A stretch of DNA of 63,854 nucleotides, counting the filler, from Saprolegnia diclina VS20 (taxonomy: Eukaryota): assembly GCF_000281045.1 (NCBI RefSeq). It is 4 parts of 2 records of this genome, joined end to end, with 100 filler letters (N's around TTAATTAATTAA, not from the genome) between each part and the next. Parts side by side here need not be neighbours in the genome. Positions count along the whole stretch, not along the records: positions 14,660 to 38,194 come from NW_008246076.1; positions 38,295 to 61,984 come from NW_008246076.1; 2 more parts are not named here. The stretch is one strand, 5' to 3'. The notes below the pieces were generated by a model that was not told the origin of the DNA, did not search any database, and worked only from the letters and a program-made list of their open reading frames with translations. Of this stretch, positions 36,975 through 48,281 are shown one piece after another. The stretch's first letter is position 1. The number at the start of each line of letters is the position of its first letter. Both the position numbers and the translations under genes were made by a program.

Positions 36975-37548
36975 CTTTGACGCAGATCAATCGATGACGC
37001 GCAAGCAACATGCATGGTGCTGCCTTCGTCAAAGACATCACTACTGTAGCATAAGATAATATCGATCTAGATTAGCCACTGCTACGCTACATCCAGCAAT
37101 GTATGAGATGTGACTGCAATGTACCGGTACGTGTATGGTGTGGCACCGCGCAGAGTTGCCAGGTCTCGAGGTCTCGGGATTGCGCGCTGCCAATGTCGCT
37201 CCAAGCTGTCGTCGAGAGTCGTAGTCGCGTAGTGGTCACCAAGACGTGGTAGCGCATCGAGCTCGGTGACGGAAACGTCGTCTCGTTCGACGCCACTCGT
37301 TGCGCTCGCTTGGCCGCCGTGCGACAGGAGCGCGCGTGGCTTCGACAGCGCACTACGACAGACAAGCATGGCCAGCGATTGAGGTCGCACACGCGCGCGT
37401 GCATCGTCGGCCGCTTGCCGCCGAGCTGCGGCAGTCCATCGTTTGCAACTGCCGATTCAACCGCCGCAACGCTCGGCGGGTTCATGTCGAAGAAGCGAAG
37501 ATCCTGGCTTCAAACTTCGAGTGTTACGTTGAATTATTTCAATTTTGA

Positions 37549-37637
37549 CCAATGCCTGGTCTCCGGTCTGTGCCCTTTAACCAAAAATCGACCAATGCCT
37601 GGTCTCCATTTCCGAATTATAGCCAATGCCTAGTCTC
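37549..37637 (+). repeat. Three further copies of CCAATGCCTRKTCTC
   Basis: Copies start at 37549, 37592 and 37623, with unrelated 28- and 16-nt spacers. Confidence 0.9.
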
Positions 37638-38194
37638 TATTCCACCCACATCCTACGAGGTAGTCCCCGGGTACTCATGGGTGCGGAGGTCAAAATGTCG
37701 TAAAACACTCCTCCGAGGCTCATATTTATTACAAAAGCCATGCATAATTTTATTGTGCTGTTTAATTCAAAACTAAAAGATTCCCGTGTCGACGGTTGTG
37801 ACGTCGAGGTCTCAAAGGAGGATATCCCACGCACTGTCGTCGTTGCCGCGGACAAAGTCGTCGATCGAGTCTTCACCCAAGGCTTATACAACCTCGGGAA
37901 CTACCATAGCACTGTAAACTACCCCAATGTCCGCCTTGATCCAACGGTTTTCGATGGAATCGCTCGAGACGTCGTCCCACGCCAGCGAGGCGCGCTTCCT
38001 TTATAATTTCCCGCCATATCCACGATTCCCTTTTTTATTATGTCATAATTTTATTCACCTGTGACTACGTGATGAAGGGTTCAATGTAATATCCACGAGG
38101 TTACCAGATGCAATTGTACAAGTCGCTGGGATGGAAGACTAGACGCGACTGCGGAGGCGAAAATGAGATCCGCCGTTGTCCACGTAATGCAAAC

Positions 38195-38294
38195 NNNNNN
38201 NNNNNNNNNNNNNNNNNNNNNNNNNNNNNNNNNNNNNNTTAATTAATTAANNNNNNNNNNNNNNNNNNNNNNNNNNNNNNNNNNNNNNNNNNNN
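38195..38294. other. Artificial assembly spacer (N + TTAATTAATTAA + N)
   Basis: Same 100-nt structure as at 14560. Confidence 0.95.
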
Positions 38295-39757
38295 TCGGCA
38301 TGCTGCCGTCATCGATGCATTGTAGACCCAGCGTCGTCGCTCGCTGTGCAATCTCTTGGCGCATGACCGGACGGCGTTCAAACACCTCGAGCGTGACGCC
38401 CGAGCACGTGGCCAGCGCGTCCAACAGCGCGACATAGGACGCCATGGTCATCGCATCGTTGCCAATGTACAACACGAAACGTGAGGACCGGTGTGTCACA
38501 GAGCGCCATGGCGACCGCGATCACACTCTCGGCGCCCATGGAACCGCTCGGAATCGTGACGCGCTCGATGCCGGCGGTGATCCATCGACGCACCAAGCGA
38601 CCCACGTGCACGGGCTTCGACTTCACCGTTGCGACCGAGTCGAGCGAAATGGACTTGAGATATGGTGACTGCAAGGCCCAATCGAGAAGACTCAGGCACG
38701 AGATGTCGTCCATGAAACACCTGTACAATGTCAACGTTTGGAGTCGACGCGGCGCCGGCGCCAACGTCAAGGGGTGGACACTTCGCATACGGCAGCGCGC
38801 AAGTGAGAGCTCTTCGAGCGCCACAAGTCGCGGCAAAAGCATCAGAAAGAACTGATCGTCCGTGCTACTACAGTCACCGAGCTCAAGCACACGGAGCGCC
38901 GAGAGCTTAATAGCATTCGTCAACAGCAGCTCCAAGTTGGTCGTGTCGAGCTGCGTTTGAAGCCGCAGCGCAGTCAGGTGGGGCAGTGGCATCGCAGCCT
39001 CCAGTAGACCTTGGACAAGGCCGTAGGTATCGCGGAGCTCGAGGCTCGTGAGCGATGCAGCGGCGGCGATCGCCCGCGCCAAAATTTTGTCGTCGGTCGA
39101 TACAATATTCACGAGCTTGAGCTCCCTCGCACGGCCCGAGGCCAGCCACGTTGTCATGGCTGTCAACCAGCTTTTGCTTGCAAACGCATTGTCACTGAGA
39201 CCAGCCAGATACATGCGCGTGATGCACAGTGTGGCAACAGCGACGGCGTTAAGGAAGCGCGGATCTGCCTCGGCCGCGTGCACGATGATCTCATCGAGAC
39301 CGGTGCAGAGACGGAGGAGTGGAGCAAGGACATGTATGTAGTGCTCTTGCCACGTCGTCAACCGGATGCACTTGACCTTGTGACCCCACTTGGCGACAAA
39401 TGCCATGGTTGCGTCGCCAATCGCGCCGGGTTTCTAGCTCATGGCGCGCAGCATCTCGTCGAGCCCCGAGAGACAATGAACGCGAACCGAACTAAAGACC
39501 GGCAGCGCGGCGAGAACAGTTGCCGTGTAGCGATCGTCCATGTCTTCGATGCAGACCTGCGGCCAGTGCTCTGGATGCAAGGCCCTCGGTGTCGACACGA
39601 GTGAGCGAAGCGCAGTCAGCGGCTCGTCGAGAGCATCCAATGGCAGCGCCAGCAACAGCATGCGGACGTCGTTGGTCGAGGCCAAGCACTGCCCGATGGA
39701 AGCGAGAACGCCAGCGTGCAGGACTGCCCTCGGCGCCACGCAAGGTCGCTTGCTCAT
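38295..39757 (-). pseudogene. Near-complete LRR (RNI-like) family gene with an internal stop and a frameshift
   Basis: MSKRPCVAP...EMLRAMS*KPGAIGDATMAFVAKWGHKV stays in frame across the TAG at 39434-39436. LRR-like LTSLEL/LRVLEL/LEELSL/LQTLTL segments. Frameshift in an (AC)n tract near 38495. Confidence 0.75.
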
Positions 39758-39892
39758 ACTCCGCGTTTCGAAAATGAAGCGATTTGATTGGACAAAAATT
39801 GATTGTGCAGCAAGCGAATGGTCGAGTGTAGATTTTACAAAAAAAGAGTGAAATGCATGTGTAAGAACCTATTTCCACTCTTTGGAGCAGCG

Positions 39893-40470
39893 TTTTTACA
39901 CTTGGTGCATTCAACGAGACGCAGCTACGCGGGAGCGTCCCGGAGAAGGAAGCATATGCGACCATATTTGCAATCAAGCGGCTCGACTACCTCCTCCATC
40001 GCGATCTCGGGTTTGTCATCCTCACGGACCACCGCAATTTGGAGTTCATCTTTGGTGTCGACGCGTCGCGCGCAGCCGCGACCAGCTCGCACGCTGGGCC
40101 GTCACGCTCACGTGCTTCCGGTACATGATTTTCCACATGCTGGGGGACGAAAACGGAGGATGGTGCTGTCGCCAATGCCACGACGCCCGAGACGGACAGC
40201 CCGACTACGCGCGCCCTGCGTGTGCGCCGACTCGTGGTTGTCCCGGCGCATGTCGCCTCTCCGTCTCAATTTCCAGTGGCCGACCGTGGCGGTTATTGCT
40301 CAAGTGCAGCGCGACGCTGGCGCTGAGTACGACGACATCAAGGCTCGTCTCGACTGCTCGGACCCTTCCGGTGTTGGCCGACTCAACGGCTGCATCTGGA
40401 TCCCGCCGTCGTCTGTTGGCATACAGTTGACGCTGCTCGTCATGGCCCACACCGGTGCCATTGTTGCATG
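39893..40470 (+). mobile_element. Ty3/Gypsy LTR-retrotransposon pol relic (RNase H to start of integrase)
   Basis: GAFNETQLRGSVPEKEAYATIFAIKRLDYLLHRDLGFVILTDHRNLEFIF, then (frameshifted) LARWAVTLTCFRYMIFHMLGDEN..AD..SR and IWIP....QLTLLVMAHTG. Confidence 0.85.
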
Positions 40471-40974
40471 TCTTTGAAGGTCTCGAGCGTTCGTACTATA
40501 CTCGTCCAGCAGACTTGCCACCAAATTTTGGACTGATTTTCCACGGCCCAGATCGTCAGTAAGAGTGCGTTCGCGTGCGCTCGACAGAGATAAGCTAGGT
40601 CACGCTGCCGTTGCATTAACAGACGTCAGCACACCTCACTACTACCGAGGTGTGCAGACGTATTGCCAATACTGCACAATGCTTAGGTATGCGCTTAATG
40701 CTGACGTTCCAAGCCAACGACATCTGGAGCAAGAACGACAAGGTACTACCAAGGCGAGGAAAATCCTTGGTGGTACAAGTACAGTAGTACGTCATAGTAG
40801 GGCATGTTATTGGCATACGAACTAAACCTCGGCTGCGCCTCGGGCCCTGCGGGCAAAGTTGATTGTGACTCGCTTCGCTCGTCAGCAGCGCTTCGCGCTG
40901 GAGAGGTGTAGATAGCATACAAATATGGAAAGAATGAGCAGATGTGAGTGTAAAATGGAGGTTGAGTGTAGCAG

Positions 40975-41162
40975 TTAGGCTTCACAAGGGAGGAGTGCTG
41001 GGCCCTCGGAAACCAGTCCAATAGTCAGTGGCAAGCCAACTGGACTATCGGAGTTTGTAAAAATGAATGTGAAAAAAAACCACACCGAAGTGTGGAAATC
41101 AGTTTTCACACTGATTAGAACAGATACTACACTTGATCTTAGCCAAAAGGCCGAGAAGGTAT
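40975..41162 (-). ncRNA. U2: U2 spliceosomal snRNA
   Basis: Minus strand reads ATACCTTCTCGGCCTTTTGGCTAAGATCAAGTGTAGTATCTGTTCT (stem I plus the GUAGUA branch-point-pairing region), then stem IIa/IIb, a U-rich Sm-like site and two 3' stem-loops; ~188 nt. The 3' end is approximate. Confidence 0.95.
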
Positions 41163-41695
41163 GGTTGTCATGTGAAACCTAATTTCACCATCCCTACGAA
41201 AAAAGCACTGCGTGCTTTTTTCGAGACGGATGGTGCAGATCCCGTGCTGTAGGGGGCAGCGTGTCGGAATATTAAGTACGATTTGAGTTATTTTCAAGTG
41301 TCTATATTAGATGCGACCCGTCCTAGTACGCAAAATTGGCAGTAAAGTGGGAGGGTGGGAGGGTGGGAGGGTGGTCCGTACCATTTTTTCTGCAATGCAA
41401 TCCACGCCGTGTTACTTCGCCTCACATACAAACAATAAGATATAATTCTAGGTGTGACTCACCGTGTGGGTAATGTGAAAAACGAGTTTCCCACACAAAG
41501 TCCTGGCTTGGCCTTTTCCACAAAAGCAGTACATACTTGGCGATGGCAATCGAAGGGCACCATTCCGAATGAGCCCCTTCATGACCAATCAAATGTGCGC
41601 ACGGCACCCGCATCCGGACGCAAAAGAAAGGCCAGCCGAGGATCCCGAGGAGCACTCCGTCCGCGTCGAGGTTGACCCATGCAAATGCCCTTGCG

Positions 41696-41712
41696 TCTTA
41701 GCCAAAAGGCCG
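41696..41712 (-). pseudogene. Short U2 5'-end fragment
   Basis: 17-nt exact match (CGGCCTTTTGGCTAAGA) to the neighbouring U2 stem I, in the same orientation. Confidence 0.55.
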
Positions 41713-43649
41713 TGTGTGCTAGCACATCAATACAGCAAACTTGTTTTGAATAGCGGCAGTGTACTAAGGACGCGTTCAGTCTCTCGGCAGCAAACGTACT
41801 TGCGCTTCTACGTCCCACAGCGTCACAGCAGTTAAAGTCGAGTTGCAGGCAGCGCTGCATTGGACGAGTGCATTTTGGTTTCATGGCCCCATGTATTCTG
41901 TCCAATTTTCACATCCACGGCGACACACTCATGCCGCGTCGACTAGTTCTTCCGGGGGGTTTTCTGAGGCAATAAAGATTAATCATCAAAGGCTGCTTGG
42001 CTTGACGTCCAATACCACGTAGGCGAAGCCACGCTCGCATCGCACGCCCACCTCGACGACACATGCACAGCGTTTTATAGCAGATTTATAATCATTTGAG
42101 ATACGTCTATCGACATTGTACCAAAAGGCCAACCTTTTTGAAATGTCGTCCAATATAACGTTCATGCCGCCTTGAGCACTGCGTCGGCGCAAGCGGTTGG
42201 ACGGATTGCATTCCAGTGTGATGTGTAGTGTTGGAGAATCGACTACTAGTACATGGAACTACATGGATCTGCTTGTGCACCTCTATTTCGGAGAGCTCGA
42301 CACGGTGGTCCTCGGTCGCATTGTGCGGGCCACGTTTGCAGCCTAGAGATGACGAATCGCGGTCCGCTCGACTGTCCAAAGTGTTGATTCGCTGTGTCAA
42401 CTTTGGGCGATTTCATTCCAAATGTCATGTCGTTGACCAAGTGGGACCGGGCTCCTGGTGTGGTCTCTGTACGATGGTACTACGATCTTATCTTACTTCC
42501 CTAATTCGACTCTTGGAGCCTGTAGGGAGCATGTTCAGCATCGCACGAAACCAAACGATGTACTGAACAGGCGTCCCCCACGGCCGAAGACGTCGAGTGG
42601 GCTTGAGGTACTCAAAGACACTGTCGTTCGACGCTTTGTTGGGAAGGATCAAAGGGTGTTGTTTCTTGAGCTGTCGTGCCGTGAAGCATATGCGTTTGCG
42701 CGGTCTTTTGGCCACGCGTAAAAAGGGACGTTGTTGCTGCCCCCAGCCATCGGCCAGAGCGGCGCTCGGCGCATACGATCCTGGTGTTTCTCGAGGCCGC
42801 GCCTGCACTGCAGTTAACGCAATGCACTGCTGAGGCGTGACCAGTCTTCCGACACGTGCGATACCCAATACTATCCATTCAATAGTACTAGTAGATCGAC
42901 GAGTTGCATAAAGATGCATGTACTGTACTAGTACCCCGCTCGGTCGCTTAGTAACCTTAGCTCGCTCGTATGGCTCCAATTATTGACTGCAGGGTGCTCT
43001 GAAATCATGAATCGCGTCCAAAAACCTCGACGGAATGCAAATTCTGGGTATCGAGACGCGGTCTGGTCCGACTGGCAGAGTATCACACGAAACTAGGAAG
43101 CCAGAGGTCGCATCTCAGCCGGGCTAGCGGCACGAGCCTCGCTCACGCCCGCGAAAGCGTACGATAAAGCCCGCGGTATTACGATTTATCGCAGCGGTTT
43201 ACAAGAGCGGGAGTACATTACCGGTAAGGAGTTGCGTGGAAGATCAAGCAGCTCGACAAAAGGCCGCATTGTAAAAAGCAACACCCTCGCATAGGGTACC
43301 GGTACCTCCCTCAGTACACCCAGCAGTACACCCATGTCTTCGTGCGGTATCCGGCGCCACCGGAATGTTGGTCATTGGTCTGGCGCCACATAGCTACAAG
43401 CAATTTGTGAAATATTTTTTAGGCTTTTCTGTTATTAAGTTCGAATTCAAAAACGCATTTGAAAGGGACGTTTGGTCCGATTAACTGTCGGTAAATTTGC
43501 ACTCAGACGGACCGTGGCGACGCTCCCAATCAAAGACGAGTTGTCAACGTCAAATCGTGTGGAAAATTTCCACACTAAGGTCTTATTGCTTGTTTAATAC
43601 TAGTATTCAATAAGACCTTTCACCCCTAGACAACTTCCCACGATTCCCG

Positions 43650-44390
43650 TAGAGCCATACTGCGGCGTGGTTGGTTTGGACGGACCGCCGGGCTACGTCG
43701 CGCGCTATCACGGACGCGATCCACTTGTGCTGCACCTCCTCGACTGTGGATTCGCTGCCGACGAGACGTGACTTGGTCTTCTCGATTGGGCGATGCAGTC
43801 GCCCTGCCTCGAGAACGTCGCGCTGACGGTGCGAACCAAGCCGCTGCAGTTGGGTCGCTACCTGCGTCACTGTATCACGTCAAGTGTCCGTGACGTTGCA
43901 TTGCCCTACTGTAGCGTGCAAGCCGCGAGTGTGGTCGCGATTGCGATGGCGATCACACGCACCGGTCGACCCGTTCGTCTTTCATCTCTGGGACAAGACG
44001 TTGAGCATCTACAGTGTGCTGTTGGAAGCGCTTGTTACGTGCTCTGGCGTCACGATCGAGCTCATGGGAACCCAGCGTCATGTACGTCAAGAGGTTGCCC
44101 AGCTTGCGTGGACGCTGCAGCTACATGTACGACTGTTGGATCACGACGACGGCGCGCCGGCGTGACGCACACCGTCCAGTGCGTCGATCAACGACATTCT
44201 CTCGCTGCTCCAGGCGCTGCCACGTCATGCGCTTGATGTCCCATTCACTGCGCACGAGACGCTTCTACAGTGACCCAATGCTATGGGCCCTGAGCAGTGG
44301 CCACACGTGGGCGTGAAAGACATTGATGAGCCCTCCACATGAATTGCGCTGCCGGCCTTTCGCTCGATTCGCATCAAGAACCTCTTGAAC
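43650..44390 (+). pseudogene. Two LRR-family fragments in tandem (C-terminal part, then an N-terminal part)
   Basis: LDWAMQSPCLENV...LLEALVTCSGVTIE matches the C-terminus of the 38295 copy. LLQALPRHALDVP...EQWPHV...ALPAFRSIRI (~44200-44390) matches the N-terminus. Contains stops and frameshifts. Confidence 0.7.
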
Positions 44391-44452
44391 AAAGTTGATA
44401 CATGCAGCGTGGCATCGTGTATAGAAGCTTAGAGTCAAGAAACCATGACGGT

Positions 44453-47140
44453 CTATGCGTCATTCGCGTCGTTGTCCGCCGTGTTCTTTTTCTTGGCTGT
44501 GTGCTGCTTCATGAGCCTAGTCATATTGGTTCAACCTGTCCTACAAGCGATAGACAATATTGTACTTGTGCTTGTGCGCCTTTTTGAGATCGTAGCCAGA
44601 GACCGTTTCGATGCGGTGACGCGTCGGCGGCGCCTTGAGCAGCTGCTTGCGCTGGCGGACGCTCGCCTTCTTCATCGCAAGCATCCAGTCGGGCACGTCG
44701 CAGCCGGAGAGCTTCATGACGTTGGCAATCGTGCGCAAGTACATCTACACAAATGAATCTCAAAACTCCACATGCGACCGAATCTCAATGTCAAAAATAG
44801 TACCATGTCACTTTCCGTGAAAAACGTGACGGCTTCGCCCTTGCGGCCATTGCGGCCCGTACGACCGATGCGATGGATGTAGCTCACGGCACTCTAGTAC
44901 ATTTTGTTATGAGACATGTCTAGAATGATTACGTACCTGAGGGAAATCATAGTTGATAACCATGTTGACGCCCTTGAAGTCGATACCGCGGCTCATGAGA
45001 TCCGTGCAGATGAGGACCCACACCGAGCCCGTCCGAAAGTCCTTGATGACCTTGTCGCGCTAGACAAGTCTGAGTCTCGATAGCCTTTTTACTAAAACAC
45101 CAAACCTGTTCTTTCGTACGGTCGGCGTGGATCGCGCCAACGTTGATACCGTCGTAGACCAGCTCATGGAAGAGTTCCTTGGCTCGATCCTTGTTTTGAA
45201 CAAACATGAGCACCGGGAGCTTCAAGCCCTATTCGTACATTTCATGAATCCACAAGTCAAAATTTGACGTTTCAAGGTCAACCATACCTCTTGGATGAGC
45301 TGCTTCATGGCCACGAGCTTGCCTTCTTCCTTGCCGACAAACAAGAGGCGCTGGTTGATCGTGTTGGCGCCGGCGTTCTTGACACCGATCGCGACCTTGA
45401 TCGGGTCCTTGAGCACGCTCTGGGCCATTTCTTCAACACCCTAATTTCACAAAAATTAGAAAAATGGAAAAATAGCTACAAAATGAAAAACAAAGGTATA
45501 CCTCGAGCATGGTGGCCGAAAACATCATGCGCTGGAGCGACGGGTTGGTGCACGCCGCAAACACCTCGTCGATTTGCTCGACAAAACCCATCTCGAAAAG
45601 CCGGTCGGCTTCGTCCAAGCAAATCATGTCAACCCTATCCCCAATTTCAGCCTCCAAATACAATCGAATGTGTCGTACTTGTCGAGGGCCAGCGCGCTCT
45701 CGGTAATGAGATGCACGAGGCGCAGCGGCGTCGCAATCACCACGTCGTAGTTGACCGTGCAGTTTCTATTTCCATAAAAGAATAGGATTCAATATCAAAA
45801 TATCAAAAGATCAAAAATCCAAAAATCCAAAAATTCGGACCACCCAAAATCAAAAATCCAAAAATCCAAAAAGGCAATCGAATACAAGACGTACTTGGCA
45901 TGGGACGCCATGGTCGACGCGCTGGCCTTGGAGAGGAGCGAGATGTGAAATTTGCGCCCGGCACTGAGGCGCTGAAACTCAGCGTGGATCTGCACCGCGA
46001 GTTCGCGCGTCGGAACGAGTACGACCGACCGAATGCCTTGCTACAAAAGCAAAATTCAACATTGATGGACAAAGACGACAAAAGAGACGTACGTCCTGAC
46101 GCGGGCGCTCCAAGTTCAAGAGCATCGGAATCGCAAACGCAGCCGTCTTACCCGACCCGGTCGGCGCAATGCCGAGCACATCGCGGCGCTTCAAGACTGC
46201 TGGAATCGCTTGCATTTGGATCGGCGTCGGGTTCTTGTACTGCGAGGCCTCCACGTTGGCGAGGAGTGTCGACCGAAGACTGCCGGTGCTCGCCATGTCG
46301 GCAAATTCGACGATCGGGTCGGGCACCATCGTGCCCCACGTCGAAATGTTGAGCCGCTTCCGCAGCTGCTTGATGTCATCGCTACAAAACGACGCTTGAG
46401 CATCATCCTCTCTCTGGTATAGTCCAAGCACTTACGCGTGGTTGGAGTGCGGTGCGGCGCTCTCGTCGACGGTCACCGTGTTGCCAAAGACATTGACGTT
46501 TTCGTTGTCGTCGTCGTCGTCGCTGGCGTCATCATCCTCATCTTGCTCGTCTTCGGCAGAGCTGCTCTCGCTGGACGACGAAGATGGCGCTAGACACGAT
46601 CGTGTACGTGAGACGACGAGCAGTGCGAGGGATGGTCCAACCTGCGCGCTTGGCCGGCTTGGTCTTCTTGGACTTGGTCGACGGCACGAGGAGGCGCGAC
46701 GCGGCGAGGCGGTCGGCCTGCGCTACCTTTTCTTCGGCGAGCGCATCTTCGCTGAGCTTGCGCTTCCGGCGCTGCTTGCTGCTTTCCTTGCGCTTGGGCT
46801 CGTTTTCGCCGCCGCCGGCCCATTTGGGCACATCGATGCTCGACGTGCGCGCGCGCTGGTGTGGCTTCTTGGGCGCCGGCGCGGGCCTACGCATTGCCTA
46901 TGAATGACATGCTGTAGCGTGAAGGCCGACGTACGTGTTGCAGCCAAAGAAGTCGAGCTCGCCAATGTTGGTGTTGGCGACGCCGAGGCCGATCGCGCCG
47001 CTCTTCTTGGCATCTATTACCATCATCAGAAGTGAAGCGACGTAGCACGAGGAGGGCGTACTCTTGAAGAGGTTGATGTCCGACTTGAAGCGCTTCGTGT
47101 CGAACGAAGCGCCTTGCTGGAGGCTCTGGAACGCGTCCAT
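44453..47140 (-). CDS. DDX52: DEAD-box RNA helicase DDX52/ROK1 (multi-exon)
   Basis: Motifs [55 protein letters not shown] and the ROK1-type SGCDVPDWM. Confidence 0.93.
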
Positions 47141-47232
47141 CGTCGGTCGCCGCTGCGCAAGCTGTTGCTGAGTGGTTGGCTGCAACCCCCACGCGATGCC
47201 ATTGGCTGAACGGCCCAATTGGCCATCCGGGC

Positions 47233-47249
47233 GCTGATTGGTTAAAATC
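47233..47249. promoter_or_regulatory. Extended CCAAT box upstream of DDX52
   Basis: GCTGATTGGTTAAAATC, nearly identical to the element upstream of eEF1B. Confidence 0.7.
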
Positions 47250-47648
47250 CGAGCTCATTTGTCCGGCTGCCACGTCCGATCGCTGCTTGGTCGATGCGCG
47301 GGCGACGATGCAGCCGCCTCGTCACGCGACCCCATGCGAGCGCACAGGTAAATGCGGATGCTATGACCGTAGAGACAAGTCGTTGCAGTACCCGAGGCAT
47401 TAGTATGGATTGGTTGCTACTGCGTGGACCGTAGACAGGCGGGGATGCCGCAACGAAGGCGGACACGGCTGGGTCTCGACGCTCAAGTACACATGAGCTT
47501 TCTTGCCATGCATGCATCGTAGCGCCAGCATGCGAGGTACGGCTGTGCTGTTCAAAGTACAAGGCTCGATGTGGCCATCATTATCCTCCGACGGGATCTT
47601 ATCAGATCTACCATATAATAGGTTCTGAGAGGTCAAACCAGTGTGGTT

Positions 47649-48281
47649 TCAGAGGTCAGCCCGACGCCGGCCGATGCTGGCGGCCTTCTTGGCGACGAGG
47701 CTGCGGGACTTGACGCTCTTTGGCGCTGTCGGAGCAGCCGCGACGTGCATCTTCCGGGGCGCCACGCGCGTCGCTGCCGGCGCGGCCTGCACCGGTGCTT
47801 TCGGCTTCAACGACAGCGGCGGGCTCGGCGTGGACGTGGCCACCGCCGTCGCCCACTTCATGGGTACACGCTCGGGCGGTGGGCCAAACTGCGGTGGCTC
47901 TGCAGGAACCGTGACGCGAAACGTCACGGCGTCGTCGGCGTCGCCATCTAGGTACCGGACAGGCCCGTCGGATCCAGTCGGTTGACGCAGCGCCGCCTCC
48001 GTGCGTGGCTCAAGCGTACTCGAGCGCGTGTCGGTCGTCGCCGGGCGGTAGGCTGTGACGATCCACTCGATCGGCGTGGCGCGCTTGCGCAGCTCGGTCT
48101 CGAGTTCTTCGAGGCGTGTGTTCGCACTTTCCAGTACGACGTCAAGCGGCAACACGTTGTCCGTGTCGAGGCGCAGACGCAGGCGACGGATCTGCCGCTC
48201 CAAGCACGTCTCGTCGGGTGCTTGACGCTGCAGCGCGCCCGACGCACAGAGGCTCTGGAACGCTGGCACGAGGAACTCCAT
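47649..48281 (-). CDS. Hypothetical protein (210 aa; coiled-coil-like N-terminal half, Pro/Ala/Lys-rich tail)
   Basis: Uninterrupted ORF from MEFLVP with host-like codon bias. Confidence 0.6.
   Translation of the reverse strand: MEFLVPAFQSLCASGALQRQAPDETCLERQIRRLRLRLDTDNVLPLDVVLESANTRLEELETELRKRATPIEWIVTAYRPATTDTRSSTLEPRTEAALRQPTGSDGPVRYLDGDADDAVTFRVTVPAEPPQFGPPPERVPMKWATAVATSTPSPPLSLKPKAPVQAAPAATRVAPRKMHVAAAPTAPKSVKSRSLVAKKAASIGRRRADL

Noticed and set aside
36902..37637. CRISPR array interpretation of the repeat-spacer clusters
   Set aside because: Repeats are only 15 bp, spacers are 14-28 nt and irregular, there are no cas genes, and the context is eukaryotic. Kept as an unexplained repeat.
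31926..39436. TAG reassignment or readthrough suggested by in-frame TAGs in two LRR copies
   Set aside because: Conserved genes here (NOL11, TBL1, UTP11, HDHD5) end normally at TAG, and the LRR copies also carry frameshifts.
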